IMG/VR virus record: IMGVR_UViG_3300035424_000154
Location: 1-64,000 of that record
Direction: 5' to 3' (one strand)
DNA length: 64,000 nt
Origin: a virus
Taxonomy: Duplodnaviria; Caudoviricetes
Shown: positions 34,528 to 43,602 of the stretch, one piece after another
Layout of the letters: every line of letters begins with the position of its first letter
Numbering within the stretch: the stretch's first letter is position 1
Position numbers and translations under genes: made by a program
Notes under the pieces: generated by a model
What the model was told of the DNA's origin: nothing
What the model saw: only the letters and a program-made list of their open reading frames with translations
Databases searched by the model: none

Positions 34528-35676
34528 ATGATCTATCTGGACAACGCGGCCACAACTCCTACTTTCTCAGAGGTTTTGGAAGCCATGTTGCCATGGTTCC
34601 AGCCTGAGCGAGTGGGCAACCCTGGAAGTATTCATACCCAAGGCGTCAAAGCCCGTAACGCTGTTGAGAAAGCCCGTAAACAAGTGGCGCGGATGATTGG
34701 CGCTGAACCTTCTGAGATTTTTTTCACTTCTGGTGGAACAGAGTCCAACAACACATGGTTGCAATGTGCTAAAGACAGAGTTGTGCAGAGGCCAATTATC
34801 TTAACCACTAAGATTGAGCATCATTCTGTAATCGAGCCGATTGAACACAGTTCCTACCACCGTGCAGAGTATGTCAAGGTTTATCGTGACGGTTCAGTTA
34901 ATCTTGACGACTTGGAACGGTTGCTCCAGCTTCATCGTGAAGAAGTTGGCGGCGTCTCCATTATGTGGGTGAATAATGAGCTGGGAACGGTCAACCCCAT
35001 TAAAGAAATCGGAACGCTTTGCAAAAAGTACAATGTGCTGTTCCATACAGATGCGGTACAGGCAGCAGGCCATGTTGCTATGGACGTTCATGATTGCAAT
35101 GTGGACTTTCTTTCGCTCTCTGGTCACAAATTCGGCGCTCCTTTGGGTACTGGCGTGCTGTACATCAGTAACTCTATCCGAAAACATCCGTTGATCGTTG
35201 GTGGTGGACAAGAACGAGAGATGCGAGGCGGCACAGAGAACGTACCCGGAATTGTGGGCATCGGTAGAGCCGCCGAGATCGTAACTGGCCGACTGTTGGT
35301 CAATAGGCAGTTGTGGAGCTACCATCGCTCTGTGTTTTTGACTGAGCTTGGTAAAAATATGTATGGGGAGTTCAAAATCAACGGCGACACAGAGAATTAC
35401 CCTTCAAATATTATCAGCATGACGATTCCCGGCGTGAACAGTGAATCACTTTTGTTGCTGTTGGATCAGCAGGATGTTTATATCTCTGCTGGCTCTGCGT
35501 GTAGTGCGGCCAGTTCTGAACCTTCACACGTTTTGCAAGGGGTTGGGATTTCCAATGAAGATGCGGCTTGCACTGTGCGAATCTCTATGGGGTTTGCGCC
35601 CAGTTATGTCGATATGGTGCAGGCAGCTGAAGTCATTGCAAACACAGTGCATAGGCTGAAATCTATGTATCCGTGA
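34528..35676 (+). CDS. iscS: Cysteine desulfurase (IscS/NifS family)
   Basis: YLDNAATT, FTSGGTESNN, HTDAVQA, SGHKF (PLP Lys), SAGSACS (catalytic Cys). Confidence 0.95.
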   Translation: MIYLDNAATTPTFSEVLEAMLPWFQPERVGNPGSIHTQGVKARNAVEKARKQVARMIGAEPSEIFFTSGGTESNNTWLQCAKDRVVQRPIILTTKIEHHSVIEPIEHSSYHRAEYVKVYRDGSVNLDDLERLLQLHREEVGGVSIMWVNNELGTVNPIKEIGTLCKKYNVLFHTDAVQAAGHVAMDVHDCNVDFLSLSGHKFGAPLGTGVLYISNSIRKHPLIVGGGQEREMRGGTENVPGIVGIGRAAEIVTGRLLVNRQLWSYHRSVFLTELGKNMYGEFKINGDTENYPSNIISMTIPGVNSESLLLLLDQQDVYISAGSACSAASSEPSHVLQGVGISNEDAACTVRISMGFAPSYVDMVQAAEVIANTVHRLKSMYP

Positions 35677-35679
35677 TTT

Positions 35680-35695
35680 GAGGCAAAATACATAG
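35680..35695 (+). promoter_or_regulatory. 17-bp repeated motif (one A short)
   Basis: GAGGCAAAATACATAG before the AAGGAGG RBS. Confidence 0.6.
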
Positions 35696-35715
35696 TTCAA
35701 AGGAGGCGGGTTACT

Positions 35716-36132
35716 TTGAGTTACGATATCTCATTGGTTGATCCCGTTACAAAAGAAACTCTCTTACTGGACGCTCCCCATCAGATTAAGGGCGGCACCT
35801 ATGCCATAGGCGGTACTCGTGAGGCGGAGTTAAACATCACCTATAACTACGCCAGATGGTATCGCATGGAAGGTGTTTTCCCGGAGCGAGAGTGGAGCGG
35901 TATTCGTTCTATCTACGGCATGGCAGGAGCTGAGAGTATCCCGGTGCTCAAAAACGCAATCGCTGTATTGAAAAACTCCGATCAGGAGCTTTCTGATGAG
36001 GAGCAGGCCGAATATGAGAAGCAGGGTGTGACCGGTTACTGGATGCCAACAAAGGTAAATGCAATGAAACCCCTGCATAGTCTGTTGGCATTTGCGCAAA
36101 TGCGCCCAGATGGTGTGTGGAATGGAGACTAA
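35716..36132 (+). CDS. Hypothetical phage protein (138 aa)
   Basis: AAGGAGG RBS, TTG start. Confidence 0.8.
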   Translation: MSYDISLVDPVTKETLLLDAPHQIKGGTYAIGGTREAELNITYNYARWYRMEGVFPEREWSGIRSIYGMAGAESIPVLKNAIAVLKNSDQELSDEEQAEYEKQGVTGYWMPTKVNAMKPLHSLLAFAQMRPDGVWNGD

Positions 36133-36460
36133 CTTAAATGTTTCTGCCATCCTTGACTTCATTAGCAATTTTAAGGATGCTCAGGACACATTTCTTTACG
36201 GTTGCTGTTACTGGTTCGCCTTTATCCTCAATGAGCGCTTTGGCGGGACGACGATGTATCTTCCAGTGGAAAATCACTTTGTTCAAGCAATAGGCAAGCG
36301 TTTATATGATGTATCTGGTGACGTAACGGCAGAATACCTAACCGCCAGGATTATTCCGTGGGCGGCGATGGAGCAATATGATTCAACCATGTACCGGAGG
36401 CTAATCCGGGACTGCATCAATAAGGAGAGATTCGACGATGACAGTATTAACTCAGGATGA
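36122..36460 (+). CDS. Hypothetical protein (112 aa)
   Basis: Overlap-coupled start; FLYGCCYWFA motif. Confidence 0.7.
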   Translation: METNLNVSAILDFISNFKDAQDTFLYGCCYWFAFILNERFGGTTMYLPVENHFVQAIGKRLYDVSGDVTAEYLTARIIPWAAMEQYDSTMYRRLIRDCINKERFDDDSINSG

Positions 36461-37305
36461 GCAGAAGCGCCAGAAGATTATGGCGCGTATGCAGGAACAC
36501 TTGGTTCCCGTCCTGGAACATTGTAGGGGGGGGGTGGGTCGGCCTCTTTCTGCAAGGTTCCCAAAACTATAACCTTGATTATGAGGGAAGTGACATTGAT
36601 ACCAAAGCTATCTTGCTTCCCAGTTTTTCCGACTTTGTTTGGAACAGAAAACCAACCAGTACGACCCACATCATGGAAAATGATGAGCACGTAGATTTCA
36701 AGGATATTCGGCTCATGTTTGACTGCTTCAAAAAGCAGAATGTCAACTTCGTCGAAATCCTGTTTACTCCCTACTGCATTATCAATCCTATGTATGAGGA
36801 TCTGCTTCAGCCGGTGCTAGATGCCCGAGAGGAGATTGCCCGCTACAACAATTATGCTGGTATGAGGTGCATTATGGGTATGGCTTACGAGAAGCAGAAA
36901 GCAATGGAGCACCCCTACCCTGCCACAATCGACAAAATCAAAGTGTATGGATATGATCCGAAGCAACTCCATCATGCTTTGAGGCTGCGGGAGTTTATGA
37001 CCAGATACATGGCCGGCGAAAATTATGCTGATTGCTTGGTTAGCAAACAGCGTGATTATTTGAAAGATGTAAAGAAGGGTTGTTACTCCCTGGACGAAGC
37101 TCGTGCTTTGATGAATGTTACGATCAAATCCATGGCTGAGGATAAGCAGCAGTATATGGAGGCTGTTCCGGCCATTATCAATGAGCACGCCGACGAGGTG
37201 CTGAAAACGGCCACGGTTGAAATTCTCAAAAGGAGCTTCCTGAACGAGATTCAAAGAGGTGATCAAGTTGCAAACGTTTTACATGATGGTTGGCCTGCCC
37301 GGTAG
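36438..37305 (+). CDS. RlaP-like Pol-beta nucleotidyltransferase, frameshifted at G9 (36526-36534)
   Basis: GSQNYNLDYEGSDIDTKAI signature; AAGGAGAG RBS + ATG 36438 is in frame only if the G run is 8. Confidence 0.8.
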
Positions 37306-38185
37306 TGGTAAATCACTCACTGCCAGGACTTTCCCCAATACCATCATCCATTCCAGCGATGCAATCCGTGCGGAAATCTTGGGTGACGAGAACCGGCAAG
37401 ACCAACAAGAGCTGGTGTTCCAGACGCTTCACGAGCGAGTGCTGAATGATCTGGCAAGCGGCAAGAATGTCGTGTATGACGCCACCAATATCAACTACAA
37501 GCGTCGTATGGAGTTCTTGCAGCAGGTAAACGCGATGAAGCTCCCCAGCCTTAGAACGGTCTGTGTCTTTTTGACCACTCCGTATGAGGAGTGCATAGAG
37601 CGCAATGCCAACCGAGAGCGCTCTGTTCCAAGGTCTGTAATTCGTAGAATGTATGAGAAAATCGACATTCCTATGAAAGCAGAAGGATGGGACGAAATTT
37701 GGGTTTTTGGCGACATAAAGGATTACTATGGCCGGTTAGAAACCTTTATGAGCCATCTGTCCAAGCTGGAGCATGATAATCCCCACCATACATACACAGT
37801 CGGTCAGCATTGTATGGCGGCATGGCAATACCTGATCAGCCACTATAAGGACTACGATGCTTGTCTGCTCCGTGCCACTCTCTTGCACGATATCGGCAAG
37901 GAAAAAACCAAAGTGTTCTATGACACTAAAGGCAACCCCACGGATATTGCCCACTACTATCATCATGAGCGTGTGGGCGCTTATGACAGTTTCTGCTACA
38001 CCAGCGATCTCAGCAATGACCAACGCCTGATGGTTGCGCTTTTGATTCGCTGGCATATGTGGCCGTATGTAGTGGAAAAGTCAGATAACCCGAACAAAAC
38101 CGCTCGTAAAGTGCGGCGGTTGCTCGGTGAAGATATCTGGAAGCAGGTTGCGGTCTTGAATGACTGTGATCGACACGCACACTAA
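37259..38185 (+). CDS. Polynucleotide-kinase-like P-loop (AAA_33) + HD phosphohydrolase fusion
   Basis: GLPGSGKS, SSDAIR, YDATN; HTYTVGQH...LLHDIGK...HE...WHM. Confidence 0.85.
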   Translation: MIKLQTFYMMVGLPGSGKSLTARTFPNTIIHSSDAIRAEILGDENRQDQQELVFQTLHERVLNDLASGKNVVYDATNINYKRRMEFLQQVNAMKLPSLRTVCVFLTTPYEECIERNANRERSVPRSVIRRMYEKIDIPMKAEGWDEIWVFGDIKDYYGRLETFMSHLSKLEHDNPHHTYTVGQHCMAAWQYLISHYKDYDACLLRATLLHDIGKEKTKVFYDTKGNPTDIAHYYHHERVGAYDSFCYTSDLSNDQRLMVALLIRWHMWPYVVEKSDNPNKTARKVRRLLGEDIWKQVAVLNDCDRHAH

Positions 38186-38206
38186 ATGAAATAGGAGGAA
38201 ACAATC

Positions 38207-38717
38207 ATGAACCCGAATCAGTATCAGATCTCTATGCGTCCCGCTTTTGAGCCGGAGGCCATCCACGTTGAGCCATTCAATCCGATCAGTGTTCTGCTTG
38301 AGGCGTTGGGTGGTACCCCCCCCCATCATTGCGCCTAATGGTGAGCGTGACCGTTTCGCTGACGGTTGGAACGCTGCCATGCAGCACATGAGGGACAACC
38401 CGCCTGCACCCGCTCCCCTTCCGCTGCCTACGAATGTGATCTTCAACAACCCGGCCACCATTGTGTACTGGAACGACGGTACCAAGACTGTGGTGAAGTG
38501 TCAGCCCGGAGATGTGTTCAGCGCTGAGGCTGGCCTGACCACTGCTATGCTCAAGAAGTACATGGGTAACGACAACACCTTCAACCGGGTTATCAACGAG
38601 TGGTTGAAGCACACTGGCGAGTATAAGCCGTCTGTTGCTCCTGCTTTGCCGGCAGCTGAGACGCCCGCCGCCCTGCCTGCTCCTACGGATCAGGGAGCGC
38701 CTGAAATGGTGGAGTAA
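38207..38717 (+). CDS. Hypothetical phage protein, frameshifted at C9 (38316-38324)
   Basis: AGGAGG RBS + ATG 38207; C8 joins it to the frame with VIFNNPATIVYWNDGTKTVVKC. Confidence 0.7.
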
Positions 38718-38720
38718 GCT

Positions 38721-38828
38721 ATGGAGGGCGTTATCATTCCAATCGTGGTGTTGGGGCTGTTGTTCATACTGACAAGATCGAATGATGACGACAATAACGG
38801 GAATTGGGGAGGTGGGTGTTTTGCATAG
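38721..38828 (+). CDS. Small membrane peptide (35 aa)
   Basis: MEGVIIPIVVLGLLFILTRSNDDD...; follows the previous stop closely. Confidence 0.5.
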   Translation: MEGVIIPIVVLGLLFILTRSNDDDNNGNWGGGCFA

Positions 38829-39759
38829 TCGAGAGCAATTAGAAGAAATGCAGCGCCTACCTCTTTCCCGTAAAATCCAGATCACCACGGCCAGAATTAT
38901 TGAGTGGTACCAACACTACGATGGCAAGGTTTATGTGGCTTTTTCTGGCGGCAAGGACTCAACAGTTCTCCTTGATATTGTACGGCGCATCTATCCTGAT
39001 GTGCCAGCAGTATTTTCGGACACTGGATTGGAGTTTCCAGAAGTTAGAGCATTTGCCAGGAGTTGCGAAAATGTCACCATTATCAAACCTGAGATGAATT
39101 TCCGGCAGGTCATTGAGAAGTACGGATACCCTGTTGTTTCTAAACGTGTGGCTGACGCCGTGAAATACGGTCATAAGCCAGGGTCTTTTCGCTGGAAGGA
39201 GCTACATGGCGAAATTATGCGGAGCAACGGGACTCCTTCAGAGTTCAACTGTGAGAAATGGTGCTATCTGCTCAACGCACCCTTTAAGGTGTCTGCTCGG
39301 TGTTGTGCCGTCATGAAAAAGCGGCCTATGAAGAAATATTCCAAAGAAACCGGGCGAGTGCCTATCATTGCGACAATGGCAGACGAAAGCCGATCCCGTC
39401 GTGCTACTTGGTTGCGTTTGGGGTGTAACGCTTTTGCTGCCAAAAAGCCCAGCTCTCAACCTATGTCATTCTGGACTGAGGACGATGTACTTGAATATCT
39501 CTATACCTACAAAATTCCCTATGCCTCGGTTTATGGCGAGATCGTCAAGACTGACGGGGGGGGGTGGACAACAACCGGAGAAAAACGTACTGGTTGTGTC
39601 TTTTGTGCCTTTGGTGCTCATTTGGAAAAGGCTCCAAACCGTTTCCAGCGACTAAAGGTTACTCACCCGAAACTCTGGAATTATTGTATGAAGCCATGGG
39701 AAGAACATGGCTTGGGTATGCGGCGAGTGCTTGAGTACATTGGAGTCCCAATAGAATAA
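38821..39759 (+). CDS. PAPS-reductase-family (PP-loop, Fe-S) protein
   Basis: AFSGGKDS, SDTGLEFPE, CC, RTGCVFC; start uncertain. Confidence 0.85.
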   Translation: MHSREQLEEMQRLPLSRKIQITTARIIEWYQHYDGKVYVAFSGGKDSTVLLDIVRRIYPDVPAVFSDTGLEFPEVRAFARSCENVTIIKPEMNFRQVIEKYGYPVVSKRVADAVKYGHKPGSFRWKELHGEIMRSNGTPSEFNCEKWCYLLNAPFKVSARCCAVMKKRPMKKYSKETGRVPIIATMADESRSRRATWLRLGCNAFAAKKPSSQPMSFWTEDDVLEYLYTYKIPYASVYGEIVKTDGGGWTTTGEKRTGCVFCAFGAHLEKAPNRFQRLKVTHPKLWNYCMKPWEEHGLGMRRVLEYIGVPIE

Positions 39760-39784
39760 GCCTTTAATAAGGAGGAAGAAAAAC

Positions 39785-40339
39785 ATGAATAAATCATCTA
39801 TCAACTGGAAAGCGATTGCCATTGCTGCGGCTGGCGTTATCGCGGTCATCCTGCTTGCTGTGTTTTGTGTACAAGGCGCTCAAAATACGGCCTACTCTCT
39901 GGAAGAGCAGGTGAATACTGCATCTTCGGATATTAAGGTGCAGGAGAAACGCCGGGTCGATCTGGTTTACAACCTTGCCGATTGTGTAAAGCAGTACGAT
40001 AAGCATGAAGCCGACACCCTTACGGCTATCGTTGAGGGGCGTGGCTCTGCTGGTGACATCGAGAATGTCACCACGGCCATTGTTGCTGTATCTGAGGCGT
40101 ATCCTGAACTGAAGTCAAACGAGAATTATAAGGAGCTGATGAACGAGCTTGCCATCACCGAAAACCTGATTGCTGAGTATCGCTCCAATTATAACAAGCA
40201 GGTAAAAGAATACAACAGGTATGTTCGCAAGTTCCCGACTCGCTGGTTCCTTGATATCCTTGGTTATGACGTAGCGGATTTTGCCTACCTTGACTACAAC
40301 GCTCCGGTGGATGCCCCTCAGAATCTATTTGGTGACTGA
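39785..40339 (+). CDS. lemA: LemA family protein
   Basis: N-terminal TM; RRVDLVYNL...EAYPELKSNENY...YN..VKEYN..VRKFP. Confidence 0.85.
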   Translation: MNKSSINWKAIAIAAAGVIAVILLAVFCVQGAQNTAYSLEEQVNTASSDIKVQEKRRVDLVYNLADCVKQYDKHEADTLTAIVEGRGSAGDIENVTTAIVAVSEAYPELKSNENYKELMNELAITENLIAEYRSNYNKQVKEYNRYVRKFPTRWFLDILGYDVADFAYLDYNAPVDAPQNLFGD

Positions 40340-40342
40340 TAT

Positions 40343-41113
40343 ATGAGGCGACGCAGACGAGATGGTGTCCTATTCGATTTTGGATGTTTTGAGATAACCA
40401 AAAGAGAGGTTATGGCAAGCATTTCAATCATAGCTGTCATGCTGCTTATCGGTGTTCTGATTGGAGGAAAAGTTTCTGATTATCAGATGGACACGAACGA
40501 GAAGTACAATAAGGCAGTGAAAATTGAAACATCTGAACTTTTCGAGTATGGGATGCGAACGGACATCGGTAACGCATTTGTCTACGGGGATTTATTGGCA
40601 GTTGATACTGTCACTTACCCAGAGATTGGCGGAGCGTATATGTATGTCGAAAAGGTAGAAGAGCATTACAATAAGCACACCAGACAAGTTGCGCATACGC
40701 GAACTGTAAATGGAAAATCCCAGACCTATTACACCACGGAAACCTATTGGACGTGGGATTATGCCAGAAGTGACAGCCTAACTTGTAAAGAGATCTCGTT
40801 TTTGGGTGTTGTGTTTGACACAAATAAAATCAACATCCCAGGCGATCACTACATTGACACAATCAAAGAATCCAGTCGTGTTCGGTATAAGTATTATGGT
40901 GTTGAAACATATTTCACGGGAACTATTTTCACTGAACTCCGTGGCGGAACAATCTCAGATGATACCCCGTTTTATGAGAATCAGACCATAGATACAGTGG
41001 TGAAGCATCTCGAATCCGGTGCGCTATTGGTTGTCTTTTGGGTCTTTTGGTTTTTCTTAATCGCCGTCTGTCTTTGTGGATTTTTCTACATGGATAACCG
41101 ATGGTTGGAGTAA
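40343..41113 (+). CDS. Two-TM membrane protein
   Basis: Hydrophobic helices near both termini; GC3 lower. Confidence 0.8.
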   Translation: MRRRRRDGVLFDFGCFEITKREVMASISIIAVMLLIGVLIGGKVSDYQMDTNEKYNKAVKIETSELFEYGMRTDIGNAFVYGDLLAVDTVTYPEIGGAYMYVEKVEEHYNKHTRQVAHTRTVNGKSQTYYTTETYWTWDYARSDSLTCKEISFLGVVFDTNKINIPGDHYIDTIKESSRVRYKYYGVETYFTGTIFTELRGGTISDDTPFYENQTIDTVVKHLESGALLVVFWVFWFFLIAVCLCGFFYMDNRWLE

Positions 41114-41126
41114 CAGATGATATCTT

Positions 41127-41162
41127 GGTTAGCAGATCCAAGTTTGCATCTGTATTTATAGC
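41127..41162 (+). promoter_or_regulatory. Isolated copy of the phage-sigma promoter
   Basis: GGTTAGCA-N16-TGTATTTATAGC upstream of the PAPS-like/NAD genes. Confidence 0.7.
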
Positions 41163-41388
41163 AGAAAGGAGGTGTTGGTAATGAGAGACAAACCCCTGGT
41201 CTGCGCGACCCTCACCACTATCAGCAAGTATTTCAAAAGCACTCAAACCAATAACAACGAAAGGGGATAATACCAATCCTGGTAAACCAGGTTCGTATGA
41301 GATTGGTAAGCATACGGTAAAGCTGCCTGTTGCAGCGTGAAAGTCTTTGGGCGAGTAGCATGGGAGGATTAGGCAGCTGGCCTCAGCC

Positions 41389-42219
41389 ATGATGGTTGTG
41401 GTCGGTATGAAGCACATCGTTTGTTTTTCTGGCGGTCATTCATCTGCGATTGCCGCCGTGGAAGTAGTCAGAAAGTACGGGGCAGAGAACACGATTTTAC
41501 TCAATCATGATCTTTGTCCCCGTACCGAAGACAAAGACATCAAGCGTTTCAAAAATGAGGTTGCGGATTATCTGGGCGTTCCTATCACATACGCCAATAT
41601 GCCCGGATGGGAAACCAAAGATCAGTTTGATGTGTGCATGGAGATCAAAGCGTTCAAGTGCGGCGCACAGTCTACCGCTCTCTGCACCAATAGGCTGAAA
41701 ACTGAGCCATTCCATAAATGGCTTGCTGAGCATTATCCCGCAAATCCTCCAGAAATCCGAGACGACATTTCCTTGGTATACGGTTTTGATGCCAATGAGC
41801 AGCACCGCATCCGGCGTAGAGTCGGCATCATGGCTGCTATGGGTTATCAGACTGAGTATCCGTTGACTTGGGAAACGAGAACGATCTATGAGATTGAAGA
41901 GGTTGGGATTGATCGTCCAAAACCTTACAGCATTTTCAACCATGCAAATTGTACCGGTTGCCTAAAAGCTGGTAAACAACACTGGTTTATTGTGTATTGC
42001 CTCTACCCTGAGATATGGGCAAAGGCAAAGCAAGCTGAGGATGCAATCGGGTACAGTATTCTAAAGCAAGGTTTTCTTTCAGAATTTGAGGCGGAATTTG
42101 CCAAGCTCAAAGAAAAGGCGTTGCCGCCCACTGAAAAAACCAAACCTCAAAAATTCTGGGCAGTCGCACGGAAGCTCATTAAAGATGATGATAACCTACC
42201 GTGTGAGTGCTCATTCTGA
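41389..42219 (+). CDS. Second PAPS-reductase/PP-loop-like protein
   Basis: CFSGGHSSA, CTNRLK, YGFDANE, HANCTGCLK; start may be ATG 41407. Confidence 0.8.
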   Translation: MMVVVGMKHIVCFSGGHSSAIAAVEVVRKYGAENTILLNHDLCPRTEDKDIKRFKNEVADYLGVPITYANMPGWETKDQFDVCMEIKAFKCGAQSTALCTNRLKTEPFHKWLAEHYPANPPEIRDDISLVYGFDANEQHRIRRRVGIMAAMGYQTEYPLTWETRTIYEIEEVGIDRPKPYSIFNHANCTGCLKAGKQHWFIVYCLYPEIWAKAKQAEDAIGYSILKQGFLSEFEAEFAKLKEKALPPTEKTKPQKFWAVARKLIKDDDNLPCECSF

Positions 42220-42232
42220 AGGAGTGATTACG

Positions 42233-42790
42233 ATGAAAGTTCTTGTGATCGTAGATATGCAGAACGATTTCATTGATGGTGCCCTTGGGACGCCGGCAGC
42301 ACAGGCTATTGTTGATAACGTCGTTAAGAAAATCGACCAGTTTGATGGCGACGCAATCTACATTACCAAGGATACGCACCAGCGCAATTATCTGGAGACT
42401 CAGGAGGGCAAGTTGCTCCCTGTTGAGCACTGTATTGAGGAGACGGCGGGATGGAGACTCCACGATGCTGTGGCTACGGCTGTCAGCCATGCGGCTATTG
42501 ACTTTCACAAAGGTGTGTCGGTATTCCAGAAGGACACTTTCGCCTCTGTTGATCTGGGCGAGTGCCTGGATACTCTTTCTCAGCGGCAGCGTGTAGATGA
42601 GGTGGTTGTGATTGGCCTCTGCACCGATATCTGTGTTATTTCCAACGCTTTGCTTATCAAAGCGTTTCTGCCAGAGGTGAAGATCACTGTTGATGCTGCC
42701 TGCTGTGCTGGTGTAACCCCTGAAAGCCATGCCAATGCTTTGGTCGCTATGAAGGTGTGCCAGATCAATGTGGAGAACTGGGAGGGCTGA
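42233..42790 (+). CDS. pncA: Nicotinamidase (isochorismatase family)
   Basis: VIVDMQNDF, TKDTH, HCI..T.GW, KDTF, GLCTDICV. Confidence 0.9.
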   Translation: MKVLVIVDMQNDFIDGALGTPAAQAIVDNVVKKIDQFDGDAIYITKDTHQRNYLETQEGKLLPVEHCIEETAGWRLHDAVATAVSHAAIDFHKGVSVFQKDTFASVDLGECLDTLSQRQRVDEVVVIGLCTDICVISNALLIKAFLPEVKITVDAACCAGVTPESHANALVAMKVCQINVENWEG

Positions 42791-42791
42791 G

Positions 42792-43586
42792 ATGTTTACG
42801 GTAAATGGTGAAAAGCTCTCCCCTACATCCTTCCCAGACAAAACCTGCTCTTTGCGGCTTTACGCAAGAGACGACGCTTACAAGATTGACTGGAAGTATG
42901 ATGGCGACCACGAGTGTATGTTGCTTTGGAACCTTGTTCATCATATCCGGGCCAACAATGGGGAGAATACTCCAATCGGGCTGTATATGCCATATGTGCC
43001 CAATGCGCGTATGGATCGTGTGAAAAACTGCGATGAGGTTTTCACCCTCAAATGGTTTGCGGAGTTTATCAACAGCCTGCATTTCTCCTATGTCCAAGTA
43101 TTTGATCCCCATTCTAATGTCTCTGAGGCTTTGATTAACCATGTCGAGACTATTGCAGCCCATGACTGTATTGAGTCGGTGATCGACGAACTGAACGGCA
43201 AGCGCAACATGAATGTTTTGCTGTGCTACCCCGACGAGGGTGCAGCCAAGCGGTACTCTGCTATGTTCCAGATGGACTATGTGTTCTGTATCAAGCACCG
43301 CGATTGGCGTACCGGCAAAATTGAGCGTTTGGAGCTGACTGACTCATGGAAGGTTGTTGGGCAGAACGTTTTGATCGTAGATGATATTTGCTCTCGTGGC
43401 GGTACGTTCACCCATACCGCTAAGGCTTTGAAAGAGGCTGGGGCAAAAGAAATCTTCCTTTATGTCAGCCATTGTGAAAACACCATTTTGCAAGGTGATG
43501 TGCTGACAGACGGCATGATCTCCCGCGTGTTCACTACCAGTAGTATCCTTCGCGCTTCCCATGAAAAAATCTCCATCATTGACTGA
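42792..43586 (+). CDS. Ribose-phosphate pyrophosphokinase-like protein (Adps candidate)
   Basis: MPYVPNARMDR, YPDEGAAKRY, IVDDICSRGGTF. Confidence 0.9.
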   Translation: MFTVNGEKLSPTSFPDKTCSLRLYARDDAYKIDWKYDGDHECMLLWNLVHHIRANNGENTPIGLYMPYVPNARMDRVKNCDEVFTLKWFAEFINSLHFSYVQVFDPHSNVSEALINHVETIAAHDCIESVIDELNGKRNMNVLLCYPDEGAAKRYSAMFQMDYVFCIKHRDWRTGKIERLELTDSWKVVGQNVLIVDDICSRGGTFTHTAKALKEAGAKEIFLYVSHCENTILQGDVLTDGMISRVFTTSSILRASHEKISIID

Positions 43587-43602
43587 AAGAGGGTATCAAA
43601 CA

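Noticed and set aside
37038-37075. GGTTAGCA inside the RlaP-like gene
   Set aside because: No TGTA...TATA box at 16-bp spacing; likely chance.
41181-41400. RiPP precursor ahead of the PP-loop enzyme
   Set aside because: The 29-aa ORF has no recognisable leader/core pattern, and no peptidase or transporter is adjacent.
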